Shown piece by piece: positions 41,886 through 52,290 of a stretch of 64,000 nt of DNA (position 1 is the stretch's first letter; every line of letters starts with the position of its first letter). Made by a program: the position numbers and the translations under genes. Source of the DNA: an uncultured Desulfosarcina sp. (GTDB lineage: Bacteria > Desulfobacterota > Desulfobacteria > Desulfobacterales > Desulfosarcinaceae); NCBI GenBank assembly GCA_963674945.2, contig CAXXWQ010000001.1, forward strand, positions 288,001-352,000. Direction: 5' to 3'. The notes under the pieces were generated by a model that saw only the letters and a list, made by a program, of their open reading frames with translations, was not told where the DNA came from and made no database searches.

Positions 41886-42512
41886 ATGCGCCTGGTAATC
41901 ATCTCCCCACCCGAAGAGGCCCCCGACGAGTCCCGTCTGGTGTGCCGGATGCTGGAAGATTCTTCGATCATCTTTCATCTTCGCAAACCCGGAAGAACCG
42001 CAGGACAACTCGCCGATTACCTATACCGGATTCCTGCCGATTATCATTCTCGAATCATGGTTCACGACCACCACCTTCTCTTGGACCCATTTTCTTTGCG
42101 GGGTGTTCATTTTACGGAAAGGGCACGGCTGCGAGATCCGGATTTTCCGAAAGTGCTCAAGCAGAAATTGCCCGAATACCGTTTCTCCACCGCCTTTCAC
42201 CGGTTTCCGGATATTCCCGAACCCGATGGCACCTGGGACTATCTTACCCTCAGCCCGATATTCGACAGCATCTCCAAACCGAACTATCCGGCCGCATTCG
42301 ATCACGGTCGGCTCAGGGACTTTTTGTCCCGAACCGGCCATCGGGTGATCGCCCTGGGCGGCATCACTGTAGAAAAGGTATTCGTGGCCGCCAGACTTGG
42401 ATTCACCGGCGTCGCCGTTCTCGGCGCCGTGTGGAAGGCACCGTCGCCGGTTGCCGCCGTCCGTGCGTTGTCTGCTGTTTGCCTTGACATTGGTAAAATC
42501 GGTGATCAGTGA
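41886..42512 (+). CDS. Thiamine-phosphate synthase/TenI-family protein
   Basis: FHLRKP, GVHF, DYLTLSPIFDSISKP, ALGGI, G.AVLGAVW. Confidence 0.8.
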   Translation: MRLVIISPPEEAPDESRLVCRMLEDSSIIFHLRKPGRTAGQLADYLYRIPADYHSRIMVHDHHLLLDPFSLRGVHFTERARLRDPDFPKVLKQKLPEYRFSTAFHRFPDIPEPDGTWDYLTLSPIFDSISKPNYPAAFDHGRLRDFLSRTGHRVIALGGITVEKVFVAARLGFTGVAVLGAVWKAPSPVAAVRALSAVCLDIGKIGDQ

Positions 42513-42557
42513 TTGGTGATGCGTGATGAGTAATTAGTAATCCGTTACGGGTGATCG
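42502..42557. repeat. Eight degenerate tandem heptamers (GTRATNN)
   Basis: GTGATCA GTGATTG GTGATGC GTGATGA GTAATTA GTAATCC GTTACGG GTGATCG. Confidence 0.7.
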
Positions 42558-42762
42558 GAGGAGGTCTTTTCCCGCGCCCCTTGGGTGTATTCCATAGATG
42601 TGAATTATATTTATGGTACGTATTTCTACTCGGTAAGGAGAAAATGTGGTACGCTGGTCTTCACGATCACATAGCTTACGGATGTTGGCCTGGACGTTGC
42701 CAGGGTAAAACCAAATTTGGCGACATGCAGAAGGATTACGGTTAAATCTGGAAAGGTGTGCT

Positions 42763-45700
42763 ATGGGCGCAAACAACAGAGGCTGGCTTCTCCTTGTCTT
42801 TTTTACCTGCTTTTTTTCTGTTTCAACCGCGGCAATCGTTCATGGCGTCGAGAACCATTTGAACGGGTTGTCGGCAAAAACAGTCTCCATCCCCTTTGTC
42901 CAGAATGTTGGTCAATTGAAGGATAAAGAGGCATGCTATTATGGAGATATCTTTTCGGGTCGGGTGACGGTGGGGCGACACGGCGATCTGACCTACACGT
43001 TTGTCCGGGGCACGTCAGGCAAAGCGACAGACGGGGTGGTTGCCCGGCCGAAGATGTTGCCGCCGGCAGTGTTCAGGGAACGGCCGGTTTTTGCCCTGGA
43101 TGTGAACCCAACGGGCATGGAACCTTCGGCGACACGGGTGCATGCGTTCAAAGGCAATCATCCGTCACAATGGCGCACGGACATTCCGACATTCCACCGG
43201 ATACGGTTTGAAAAGATGTGGCCGGGTGTGCGGATGGACCTCCGTGCCACGGGATCCAGTGTCGAAAAAATATTCACCATCGCCCCCGGAACGGATCCGG
43301 ACAAGATCCGTCTGGCCTTCGACAAGGATGTGTCCCTGGCATTGGACGAAACCGGAAACCTTGCCGTAAAAAGCGAACAAGCCGTCGCCACTTTCACGAA
43401 ACCCGTGGCCTTCCAGGATCATAAGGGCGTGAAAAAGCCTGTACAGGTAGCCTACCGGTTACTGGCCAGTAACCAATATGGATTTGCTTTAGGCCCCTAT
43501 GACCGCTCCCGGCCCCTGGTCATCGATCCACTGCTGGCCGGCACCTGGTTTGGAGAAGAAAACGGATACGGCTGGTTCGACGAGACCCTGGCCGGCATGA
43601 CCCGGGATGCCGCCGGCAACATCTATGCCGTGGGGGAACAGGGCGAGGACGCTCTGGTTTTAAAGTTCAGTCCGGACCTGTCCACCCTGCTGGCATCCGC
43701 CACCCTGGGCGGCAGTTATCCCGATTACGGCCAGGCCATTGCCGTTGACGGCTCGGGCAATGTGTTGATCACCGGCGGCACACAGTCCACTCCCGCACTG
43801 GGGTTTCCCGTTACTCCAGGGGCATATGATACCACGCACAACGGCGCTTACGGCGGCCATGACGGGTTTGTGGCCAAATTCGGCAGCGATCTGTCCACGC
43901 TTGTCGCCTGCACCTACCTGGGCGGCGACGGCGACAAGCAGGTCCAGGCCCTGGCCGTGACCACGACGGGCCAACCCGTGGTGGCCGGGCAGACCGATGC
44001 CACGGACATGATCTCCCAGGCTACGGCTTACGACAGCAGTCACAACGGATATCTGGACATGTTCGTTGCCATATTTTCCAGCGACCTGACGCTGTGCCCG
44101 GCGTCCACCTATGTGGGGGGAACTGGTTATGATTACTGCCACGGCATGGCCCTGGACGGCAGCGACCGGGTCTATCTGGCCGGCCAGACCTCATCATCGG
44201 ATTATCCCACCACCCAGGGCGCCCAGCAGGAAGCCATGGGCGCGGGAACCACTGATGCGGTATTTTCCCGGCTGGATACCGGCCTTCGCAGCCTGCAATC
44301 CTCCACCTTTATGGGGGTACCGTGGCGGGCAATGACAAGGGCAAGATCATCCTGCCGGCCGGCAGCGGGACCGCCTATGCCATCGGCACCACCGGGACAA
44401 CGGATTTTCCGGTCACCGCCGGCAGCTATGACGAGGTGATGAGCGGCGGTGCGGATGCGTTTGTTGCCCTGCTGGACGACAACTTTGCTATTACCGGCGC
44501 CACCTTTCTCGGGGGCAGCAGCGGCACGGAAGAGCCCTATAGCGCACTGATGGACTCCGGCGGGAACCTAATTCTTGCCGGGCAGACCTTCAGCGGCGAT
44601 TTCCCGGTCTCGGCCGGGGCCTATGCCACCAGCACCCTGACCGGGTCCTACTTTATCGCCCACATGAGCGGCGATTTGACGACGTTGATCAATTCCACCC
44701 GGTTTTATGATCATGTGCGCGGCCTGGTCCTGGGGGACAATGACGACCTGTTCATCGGCGGATTTACGGATGTGCCGGATTTTGCCACGGTGCCGGGTAG
44801 CTATGATCTCACTTTCAATGGCGGGACCGCTCTGGGCGGGTATGACATTTTCCTGGCCCGGCTCACCACGGACCTGTCGGCGGCCTATGCTTCGGGGGCC
44901 AGCATCGGCGGGCAGGTCCTGTACGACGGAAAACCCCTTTCCGGGGTGACCATGGCCCTGGAGGGCCCCTGGGGCGGATGGGCAAAGACCGATGAACAGG
45001 GCATGTTCTCCTTTGACCTGCGGCCGGACGGCGACTATACCCTGACCCCGTCCATGCCGTACATGGTGCTCACCCCACCATCCCGTCAGGTGGCGATTGC
45101 CGGCGGCAGCCGGACGGACCAGGATTTCACGGCCGTATATGAGACGGGCAACGGGTGGATGGATCTGAGCGACAACGTCACGCCTGCCGCCGAAGGCACC
45201 TATTTCACCGATGTCTGCTTTGTGAGCCGGACCGAAGGATGGATCACCTCCGGCTCTTGCGGGGAGATCTATCACACCACGGACGGGGGAAACACCTTTG
45301 AGGTTCAGACCGTTGCGTATGTGGGTTATCTCAACGCCATCGACATGCAGAGCGCCACCACCGGTTATGCAGCCGGTGAAGGGGGCGTTGTCTTCATGAC
45401 CACCAACGGCGGCGCCGACTGGAACATCATCGGTTCCATGGGCGGGCAAACCCTTAGTCTGGACTGTCCGCCGTCCGGAGACACCTGCTATGCCGGCGGC
45501 ACAAACGGACGCATGGCCGAAATCATTGGCGCCGGGCTGCAAGTCGAGACCCTGTCCACAAACTATGATTTTCAGGACATTTCATTTCCCGTGGACGGCA
45601 GTGAGGGATGGGCCGTTGCAGGGATTTACATCTGGCACAAACCCCCTTACGGGGCCTGGACAAGGGATGGGGCCCATCCCAGTAATTATAAGACCTCGAT

Positions 45701-46109
45701 CTTTTTTATCAGCACGGAAAAGGGGTGGACCAGCGGAGACGCAACCGCCTATAGCCAGCGCCTCACTTATACCCAGGACGCGATCAACTGGTATGGGCAA
45801 ATCTATCCCGATCCAGTGCCAAACACCATCTATGATATCTATTTTCTGAATGAGAACCAGGGCTGGGCTGTGGGAACCAACGGCACAATTCTTACCACGT
45901 TCAACGGCGGCGGAAATTCTTCCCAACCGGGCTGGCAGGTCCAGGGCCGGGGGGTGACCGATGCGTCCCTGGTGGCGGTTCACGCCGTGGATGCCGAAAC
46001 CGTATATGCCGTGGGGGTAAGCGGCGCGTTTTTAAAATTCGGGCCTCTTCCCGGTACCCGGGAAAAAGGCAGGTCCATGGTGCCGATCTATCTACTCTTG
46101 CTCGATTGA
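42763..46109 (+). pseudogene. Large secreted SBBP-repeat/beta-propeller protein split by one frameshift at about 44308-44317
   Basis: Signal peptide, FVQNVGQ, YDRSRPLVIDP, SBBP repeats (TYLGG..D, FPVT.GAYD) continuing across both ORFs, then a carboxypeptidase-regulatory-like domain and T.DGG..W repeats. Confidence 0.85.
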
Positions 46110-46129
46110 AATAAGAACACGATTATTAT

Positions 46130-46345
46130 TTACGGTTTAAGGATCTTTACTTGAAGTTCCTTGACAACCTTGAAGTGCTTTGAATTGCTTGAAGCAAGTA
46201 CTAAATTATTCTCAACCGCCGTGGCCGCTATTATTGCATCTTCTGATCTGAGTCCGGGGGATAAGGGGCATTCTTCAATAAAGAAATGATATTCTTCAAT
46301 GCTTTTTTCCACACGCATTGATATTCGACAGACGTCTATTTTCAT
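46130..46345 (-). pseudogene. Truncated PIN/VapC toxin remnant
   Basis: C-terminal PIN motif EDAIIAATAVENNLVLASSNSKHF; only 71 aa; AT-rich; no antitoxin seen. Confidence 0.65.
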
Positions 46346-46468
46346 TCCATGTAAGAGGTCACAATAAAAGTCGAAAAACTATCTGATATCATATGGAAAG
46401 GTTTCGATCTCGCCAGGGGGAAAATGACAATATTCGTTTTCAGCTTCACACGAATCCGGCCGCAACAG

Positions 46469-47158
46469 TTATTCGGCCAGTTTGCCCGCCATGGAAAGAT
46501 CCGAAAGCCCCTCCATTTCCAACAGGTAGATTTCCCTTCCGTCGACCCGGATCAGGCCCTGGGAGGACATCTTGGCGAAGATGCGGGACAGCGTCTCCGG
46601 TATGGTCCCAAGAAGGCTGGCCAACTGTCCCTTTGAAATGGTCAGAATCACCCGGTCCGAGCGCTTTTGCTCTTCGGCCAGGAGGATGAGGTAGGCTGCC
46701 AGTCGGCTGGGAACCTCCTTGAGGGAGAGGTTTTCGATCTGGATGGTGAACTGTCGAAGCCGCATGGACAACTCCCCCAGCATGTTCATGGAGAGGGACG
46801 GCTGTCTTGCAATCAAGTCTACGAAGGCCGCACGGGGCAGAAAGAGGATGAGACTATTGGACAGGGCCTGGGCATTTGCCGGAAACCGGGTCCCGGAGAA
46901 GACCGGCACCTCGCCGAAGGGGTTGCCCGGACCGTAGATGTGAAGAATCTGCTCTTTTCCCTCGAAGGATGTCTTGAAGATTTTCACCTGTCCCTCGCAA
47001 ACGATATAAAAACCGTCTGCTTCGTCTCCCTCCATGAAGATGGACTCTCCTCGTTTGAATGTCCGCTTTTTGGCGATGGCACCGATTTCATCCAATTCTT
47101 TTTGGGACAACCCCTTAAATAGAGGCGTGGCAGAGAGGGTTTCACGTATGTCCGTCAT
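46469..47158 (-). CDS. hcpR: Crp/Fnr-family regulator HcpR
   Basis: cNMP-binding fold (FGE), HTH LASLLGTIPETLSR; divergent from hcp. Confidence 0.85.
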   Translation of the reverse strand: MTDIRETLSATPLFKGLSQKELDEIGAIAKKRTFKRGESIFMEGDEADGFYIVCEGQVKIFKTSFEGKEQILHIYGPGNPFGEVPVFSGTRFPANAQALSNSLILFLPRAAFVDLIARQPSLSMNMLGELSMRLRQFTIQIENLSLKEVPSRLAAYLILLAEEQKRSDRVILTISKGQLASLLGTIPETLSRIFAKMSSQGLIRVDGREIYLLEMEGLSDLSMAGKLAE

Positions 47159-47207
47159 GGGGCATCAACCTTCCTGTTTGTATATTCACATAATTCTGCT
47201 TGGTTTT

Positions 47208-47221
47208 TTGACGCAAGTCAA
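47208..47221. promoter_or_regulatory. HcpR/Fnr-type box 1
   Basis: TTGACGCAAGTCAA (TTGAC-N4-GTCAA). Confidence 0.85.
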
Positions 47222-47306
47222 GGCGGCCGCAGCTGAACCGGTATATACCGTATCGTAAAGGGGCTTTGTAATCGGAAAGCCGCGATGACGAAAAAAAATG
47301 GCAAAG

Positions 47307-47320
47307 TTGACCCAAGTCAA
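47307..47320. promoter_or_regulatory. HcpR/Fnr-type box 2
   Basis: TTGACCCAAGTCAA. Confidence 0.85.
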
Positions 47321-47436
47321 GGCCAACCCAAAACAAAAAAGATAAAAGACAACCATAGACGGCAACCTAAGTTGAAAAAATTTGAAACGCTCCGTTTAGG
47401 GACAACCAGGAGACACCAAACCAAGGAGGAACGACC

Positions 47437-49065
47437 ATGTTTTGTTTTCAATGCGAACAGACGGCAAAAGGCGAAGGGTGCACCAAGATCGGCGTATGCG
47501 GCAAACAGCCGGATGTGGCGGCCCTTCAGGATCTTCTCATCTATTCGGTAAAAGGCATTGCACAGGTGGCGGTCCAAGGGGCCAAGGTCGATGTGAAGGA
47601 TGCTGCGGTCAACCAATTCACATGCGAGGCGATCTTCTCCACCTTGACCAACGTGGATTTCGATCCGGCGCGATTCGTTACCCTGATCAAGGAGGCGGCC
47701 TGCCATCGGGATGCCCTCAAGGCCAAGGTCGAGGCGGCAGGCGGCAACGTCGCCTTTTCCGATGGCCCGGCCACGTTCGTTCCCGCCGCCGATCAGGCCG
47801 GCATGGTGGCCCAGGGCGAAAAGGTCGGGATCAAGGCCGATGCGTCGGTAAACCCGGACATCCTCAGCCTTCGCGAGCTGATCGTCTACGGCATCAAGGG
47901 ATTGGCTGCCTATGCCGATCACGCCCGCATCCTGGGACAGGAAGACGACGCCATCTACGCCTATATCTATGAAGGCCTGGCGGCCACCCTGGACGACGGC
48001 CTCGGTGCCGACGATTACGTCGGGCTGGCCCTGAAATGCGGCGAGGTGAACCTTCGGGCCATGGAACTGCTGGATGCCGGCAACACCGGTACCTACGGCC
48101 ATCCCGTACCCACCGCCGTGCCCCTGGGCGCCAAAAAGGGCAAAGCGATCCTGGTTTCCGGCCACGACCTGAAGGACCTTGACATCATTTTGCAACAGAC
48201 CGAGGGAAAGGGCATCAATGTCTACACCCACGGCGAGATGCTGCCCTGTCACGGCTATCCGGAACTGAAGAAATACAGCCATTTTTACGGCCACTACGGA
48301 ACGGCCTGGCAGAATCAGGCCAAGGAGTTCGCCGCCTTTCCCGGCGCCATCGTCATGACCACCAATTGTATCCAGAAGCCCAGGGATTCTTATAAAGAGA
48401 ACATTTTTACAACCGGTTTGGTGGGGTGGCCCGGCGTGACCCACATCGGTGACAAGGACTTTACCCCGGCCATCGAAAAGGCCCACTCCATGCCCGGTTT
48501 CACCGAAGATGTTTCCGGAAAAGAGGTGATGGTGGGATTTGCCCGCAATGCGGTCATGGGGGTTGCCCCCACGGTCATCGAAGCGGTGAAAAACAAGGCC
48601 ATTCGCCACTTCTTCCTGGTGGGCGGTTGCGACGGCGCCAAACCGGGGCGGGACTACTACACGGAATTTGTGGAGAAGGTTCCCGAGGATTGCGTAGTCC
48701 TCACCCTGGCCTGTGGCAAGTTCCGCTTTTTCGATAAAGACATGGGGGATATCGGCGGCATTCCCCGCCTTTTGGACGTGGGCCAGTGCAACGACGCCCA
48801 TTCGGCCATCCAGATCGCCTTGGCCCTGGCCGGCGCCTTTGACTGCGGGGTCAACGATCTGCCCCTGTCCATGATTCTCTCCTGGTATGAGCAGAAGGCA
48901 TGCGTGATTCTGCTCTCCCTTTTGCACCTGGGAATCAAGGACATCCGGCTGGGACCCAGCCTGCCCGCCTTCATCACGCCAAACGTCCTGGACGTGCTTG
49001 TGAAAAAATTCAACATCATGCCCATCGGAACGCCGGAAGGGGATTTAGCGGCCATCCTGGACTAA
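47437..49065 (+). CDS. hcp: Hybrid cluster (prismane) protein
   Basis: MFCFQCEQT...GC...GVCGK, SGHDL, THGEMLP, TTNC, GGCDG, LACGK, GQCND, SWYEQKA. Confidence 0.98.
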   Translation: MFCFQCEQTAKGEGCTKIGVCGKQPDVAALQDLLIYSVKGIAQVAVQGAKVDVKDAAVNQFTCEAIFSTLTNVDFDPARFVTLIKEAACHRDALKAKVEAAGGNVAFSDGPATFVPAADQAGMVAQGEKVGIKADASVNPDILSLRELIVYGIKGLAAYADHARILGQEDDAIYAYIYEGLAATLDDGLGADDYVGLALKCGEVNLRAMELLDAGNTGTYGHPVPTAVPLGAKKGKAILVSGHDLKDLDIILQQTEGKGINVYTHGEMLPCHGYPELKKYSHFYGHYGTAWQNQAKEFAAFPGAIVMTTNCIQKPRDSYKENIFTTGLVGWPGVTHIGDKDFTPAIEKAHSMPGFTEDVSGKEVMVGFARNAVMGVAPTVIEAVKNKAIRHFFLVGGCDGAKPGRDYYTEFVEKVPEDCVVLTLACGKFRFFDKDMGDIGGIPRLLDVGQCNDAHSAIQIALALAGAFDCGVNDLPLSMILSWYEQKACVILLSLLHLGIKDIRLGPSLPAFITPNVLDVLVKKFNIMPIGTPEGDLAAILD

Positions 49066-49101
49066 CCCTTTTCAAATGCCTTTGGGGACTTATGTTAAAA
49101 A

Positions 49102-49129
49102 GACGGCTGTCGGTTTTCTGGCAGCCGTC
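49102..49129 (+). terminator. Stem-loop after hcp
   Basis: GACGGCTGTCGG-TTTT-CTGGCAGCCGTC; no downstream U-tract. Confidence 0.45.
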
Positions 49130-49165
49130 GACCCGAAACCCGAAACCTGAAACCGGAGGGCCGCC

Positions 49166-49891
49166 ATGAAATGCCCCGGACAAGATACCCTATACTGGAA
49201 GCCTGGTGCGATATACGAGGTGCCGTGTCCGAAATGCGGTGCGAGTGTGGAATTCTTCAAGGACGACACGTCCCGAAAATGTCCGAAATGTCAACACCGG
49301 TTCGTGAATCCGGACATGGATTTCGGCTGTGCCGCATACTGCCAGTATGCCGAGCAGTGCATCGGCACCCTGCCCGAGGAGTTCTTGCTCCAAAAGGAAG
49401 ATCTGCTCAAGGATCGGGTGGCCATCGAGATGAAGCGATACTTTAAGAGCGATTTCAAGCGTATCGGCCACGCCACCCGTGTGGCCCGGTACGCGGAGCG
49501 CATCGGCCGCGTCGAGGGCGGCAATCTATCGGTAATACTATGTGCCGCCTACCTTCACGATATCGGCATCGTGGAAGCAAAGAAGAAACACGGCAACAGC
49601 GAATCACGCTACCAGGAGCAGGAAGGGCCTGCCGTGGCCCGGCAGATTCTTGAGAAGTTAGGGGCCAAGACGCCACTGGTGGATGCGGTGTGCGACATCA
49701 TCGCCCACCACCATCATCCGAGAGAGGAGGAGACTATCGACTTCAAGGTCCTCTACGACGCGGATCAGATCGCCAACCTGGAGGACCGAAAGAAAAAAGA
49801 GACGCTTTTGGCCGATGCCCTGGAAGCCGCCATCAAAGAGAAGATGCTGACGGAAGGCGGACGGATGGAGGCCCGCAAGACCTTGCTTTGA
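49166..49891 (+). CDS. HD-domain phosphohydrolase with Cys-rich N-terminal zinc ribbon
   Basis: MKCPGQD, CPKC, CPKC, CAAYC...C; H...LHDIG...HH...DAD. Confidence 0.88.
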   Translation: MKCPGQDTLYWKPGAIYEVPCPKCGASVEFFKDDTSRKCPKCQHRFVNPDMDFGCAAYCQYAEQCIGTLPEEFLLQKEDLLKDRVAIEMKRYFKSDFKRIGHATRVARYAERIGRVEGGNLSVILCAAYLHDIGIVEAKKKHGNSESRYQEQEGPAVARQILEKLGAKTPLVDAVCDIIAHHHHPREEETIDFKVLYDADQIANLEDRKKKETLLADALEAAIKEKMLTEGGRMEARKTLL

Positions 49892-49979
49892 AAATATAAT
49901 CGGTGCGATCAGTGCCGGACAGATCGTTTGGGTGCATTCGGTTTACCAACTCACCGGAGGCTGCCGTAAGGAGAAGACC

Positions 49980-50717
49980 ATGAAAGTGAAGCGAAAAATC
50001 ATCGAAATCGACGAAGAGCGTTGCGACGGATGCGGAAACTGCGCCATCGCCTGCGCTGAAGGGGCCCTTGCCATCATCGACGGCAAGGCCAGGGTGATTT
50101 CCGACAACCTTTGTGACGGCCTGGGTGCCTGCATCGGCGACTGCCCGCAAGATGCGCTTCATATTATCGAACGGGAGGCGGATGAGTTCGATGAAGAGGC
50201 GGTGGAAAAACACCTGGATACCGTAAAGAAACCACCGGAAGGCGAAACCATGGCATGCGGCTGTCCCTCCACACAGATCCAAAGCTTTGTTCCGATATCA
50301 GGATACCAGGGGGCCAACACGCCGAGAAGTCAGAAAACGGTCAAATCCACACTGGGCCACTGGCCCGTGCAGATCCGTTTGATTCCTCCCACGGCACCTT
50401 TTCTCAAGGGGGCCGATCTTTTGGTGGTGGCCGACTGTGTCCCCGTGGCCTTCCCCCGGCTGCACAGTGAGTTTTTAGAAGGCAGGACCGTCATGGTGGG
50501 GTGTCCCAAGTTCGACGACGCTCAGGAGTACATCGACAAATTCGCCGAGATTTTCAAGACGGCGGGCGTGAAAAGTGTCACCACAATGGTCATGGAGGTG
50601 CCCTGTTGCTCCGGGTTGCCCACGATCGTGAAAAAGGGCATGGAAGCAGCAGGCGTCAAGGTCCCCAGCCGGCAGATTACCATCGGCACCCGGGGAGAAA
50701 TCCTGGAAGAGCGGTAG
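49980..50717 (+). CDS. Hcp-associated 4Fe-4S protein (FrdX-like)
   Basis: CDGCGNCAIAC, CDGLGACIGDCP, CGCP, WPVQI, GCPKFDD, MEVPCC. Confidence 0.9.
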   Translation: MKVKRKIIEIDEERCDGCGNCAIACAEGALAIIDGKARVISDNLCDGLGACIGDCPQDALHIIEREADEFDEEAVEKHLDTVKKPPEGETMACGCPSTQIQSFVPISGYQGANTPRSQKTVKSTLGHWPVQIRLIPPTAPFLKGADLLVVADCVPVAFPRLHSEFLEGRTVMVGCPKFDDAQEYIDKFAEIFKTAGVKSVTTMVMEVPCCSGLPTIVKKGMEAAGVKVPSRQITIGTRGEILEER

Positions 50718-50733
50718 CCTTATCGCTACTTGA

Positions 50734-51804
50734 TCAATTTTGAAGATTGCGGAATCGATCCCCATTCTTTCGTATGGGAGCAAGAGAGAACAACTTTCCC
50801 TCTTCGGCGGATCGATTCCGGATCTTTTTCCGAATCCGACCGATCGGTCTTTCCACCAGCCAGCAGATCAATAGGGACAGAAAAACGGAAAGTGCCGTCA
50901 CCGTTCCGAGCGTTATCCATCCTAACCTGGGAACACCGAACCACTTCATGGCAAAATATACCGCATACAAATGGGTTAAAAACAATGGATAACTCAGATC
51001 TCCGGCGATGCTGGCAAGATTTGACGGTTGATCGCTCGCAAGAAAAATCTGAAATGACAAAAAGAGAAAAATCACGCTGCCCATGAGAATTGAGAAGGCG
51101 GGTAGCGTATTTATTGTAAATACATTGGCTTTCAACAATACAGGCGCCACGAACATCATGAAGACCAATGCCAGCAAAGATAATAACTGAATGGACTTCG
51201 GTGGTTTCATTTCAAAGTGATAGGCCAGTGCACCGAGGCAGAACGGAAATGCCGCGCATGAACCGTAAATCGGCTTGTGGAAACCGAAAAAAATAACAAA
51301 TGGGGAGAGCAAGCCGGTGAAAAGAAGAGTAACTATCAATGGCCTGGGAAGAAAACGTCCCACGAAAAGGACCAGATACCAGTTCAATTCGACTTCAAGT
51401 GATCTGGCCACCGGCACGACGAGTGGTTTTGTCACTTGAACGACATTCGATACAAAAGGAGGGGAAAGGATGAAAACGGTCCTCAGCCAGCTTCCCAAAC
51501 TCGCCGGCATTTTACTGTGTCTATAGACTTGCAGGATTCCAGGATAATCCAATGCAATCAGTGCCAGGCCAATGATCAGGGCCGCCCAGTAGGCGGGGAA
51601 AATACGCAAAAAGCGATTTACGACAAAATCACCGGGGCGTTTTGCATAGTTTTCGTAAAGGATATTGGAAATAAGAAACCCGCTGATAAAAAAGAAACAC
51701 CACACTGCCACAGGGCCGGCCATGGGTATAACGTGAATGTTCGTGTGAAAGGCCAAAACCGACCATGCCAGGAAAAATCGCAAATAATGTAAGCGGGAAT
51801 ACAT
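50734..51804 (-). CDS. Acyltransferase-3 (OafA-like) membrane O-acyltransferase
   Basis: LR...V..FH, FFFISGFL, RFLRIFP, SL.VE..WY, GDLSYPLFLTH, VERP. Confidence 0.88.
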   Translation of the reverse strand: MYSRLHYLRFFLAWSVLAFHTNIHVIPMAGPVAVWCFFFISGFLISNILYENYAKRPGDFVVNRFLRIFPAYWAALIIGLALIALDYPGILQVYRHSKMPASLGSWLRTVFILSPPFVSNVVQVTKPLVVPVARSLEVELNWYLVLFVGRFLPRPLIVTLLFTGLLSPFVIFFGFHKPIYGSCAAFPFCLGALAYHFEMKPPKSIQLLSLLALVFMMFVAPVLLKANVFTINTLPAFSILMGSVIFLFLSFQIFLASDQPSNLASIAGDLSYPLFLTHLYAVYFAMKWFGVPRLGWITLGTVTALSVFLSLLICWLVERPIGRIRKKIRNRSAEEGKLFSLAPIRKNGDRFRNLQN

Positions 51805-51971
51805 TTGGGGCCCCTCAACGCGTTTTCGAACAGCGAACCATCACAATTTTATTTCCGTTCCGGCGCATCCTTTGATTCGTTGTATTCAAACCGGGTGCTG
51901 TGCACCCGGAGCCAACCCGAACGATACAACACTGAAGTGCTTCCGGATATGCGGCCCATGGGTCGCATATC

Positions 51972-52003
51972 CAGGCCACCCGCTTTACGGGTAGTCGTTG
52001 ACT
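51972..52003. repeat. IS200/IS605-end-like palindrome
   Basis: CAGGCCACCCGCTTTACGGGTAGTCGTTGACT; homologous to 4462-4492. Confidence 0.55.
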
Positions 52004-52290
52004 TCATCTTACGCTTGTAAGGGGAGGATGTTTACTCCATTAGCAGAATAACATTGGGTTAACAATATCGTTATTCGCACTGCAACGATATTGACGGTTC
52101 CAAAAAAATCATTTATTCGCCTCCGCCCATGTGGCAGGTACACATGGTGGCTTCTTGGAGAAATTCGGGAAGATCAATAACGCTATGAATGCAGAATAAA
52201 AAGCGCTTCTCTGCCATACCGGCCATAGAAGCGCTTTGCATTATTCATCTAAACAACACCGGCCCTCTGGGCTCGGCTTTTTACTATTTC

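Noticed and set aside
41436..42008. 190-aa minus-strand ORF containing DGFVKSPISALR
   Set aside because: Translation of the MITE-like repeat plus antisense of neighbouring genes.
42502..42557. CRISPR-like periodicity
   Set aside because: Period is 7 nt with no spacers, and there are no cas genes in the window.
47317..48927. 536-aa ORF antisense to hcp
   Set aside because: Same shadow effect; hcp is clearly the real gene.
51830..52003. HEARO/omega-RNA (IscB guide) candidate
   Set aside because: Only the end-like hairpin is present; the closing GTTGAC strand and any iscB/tnpB gene are missing.
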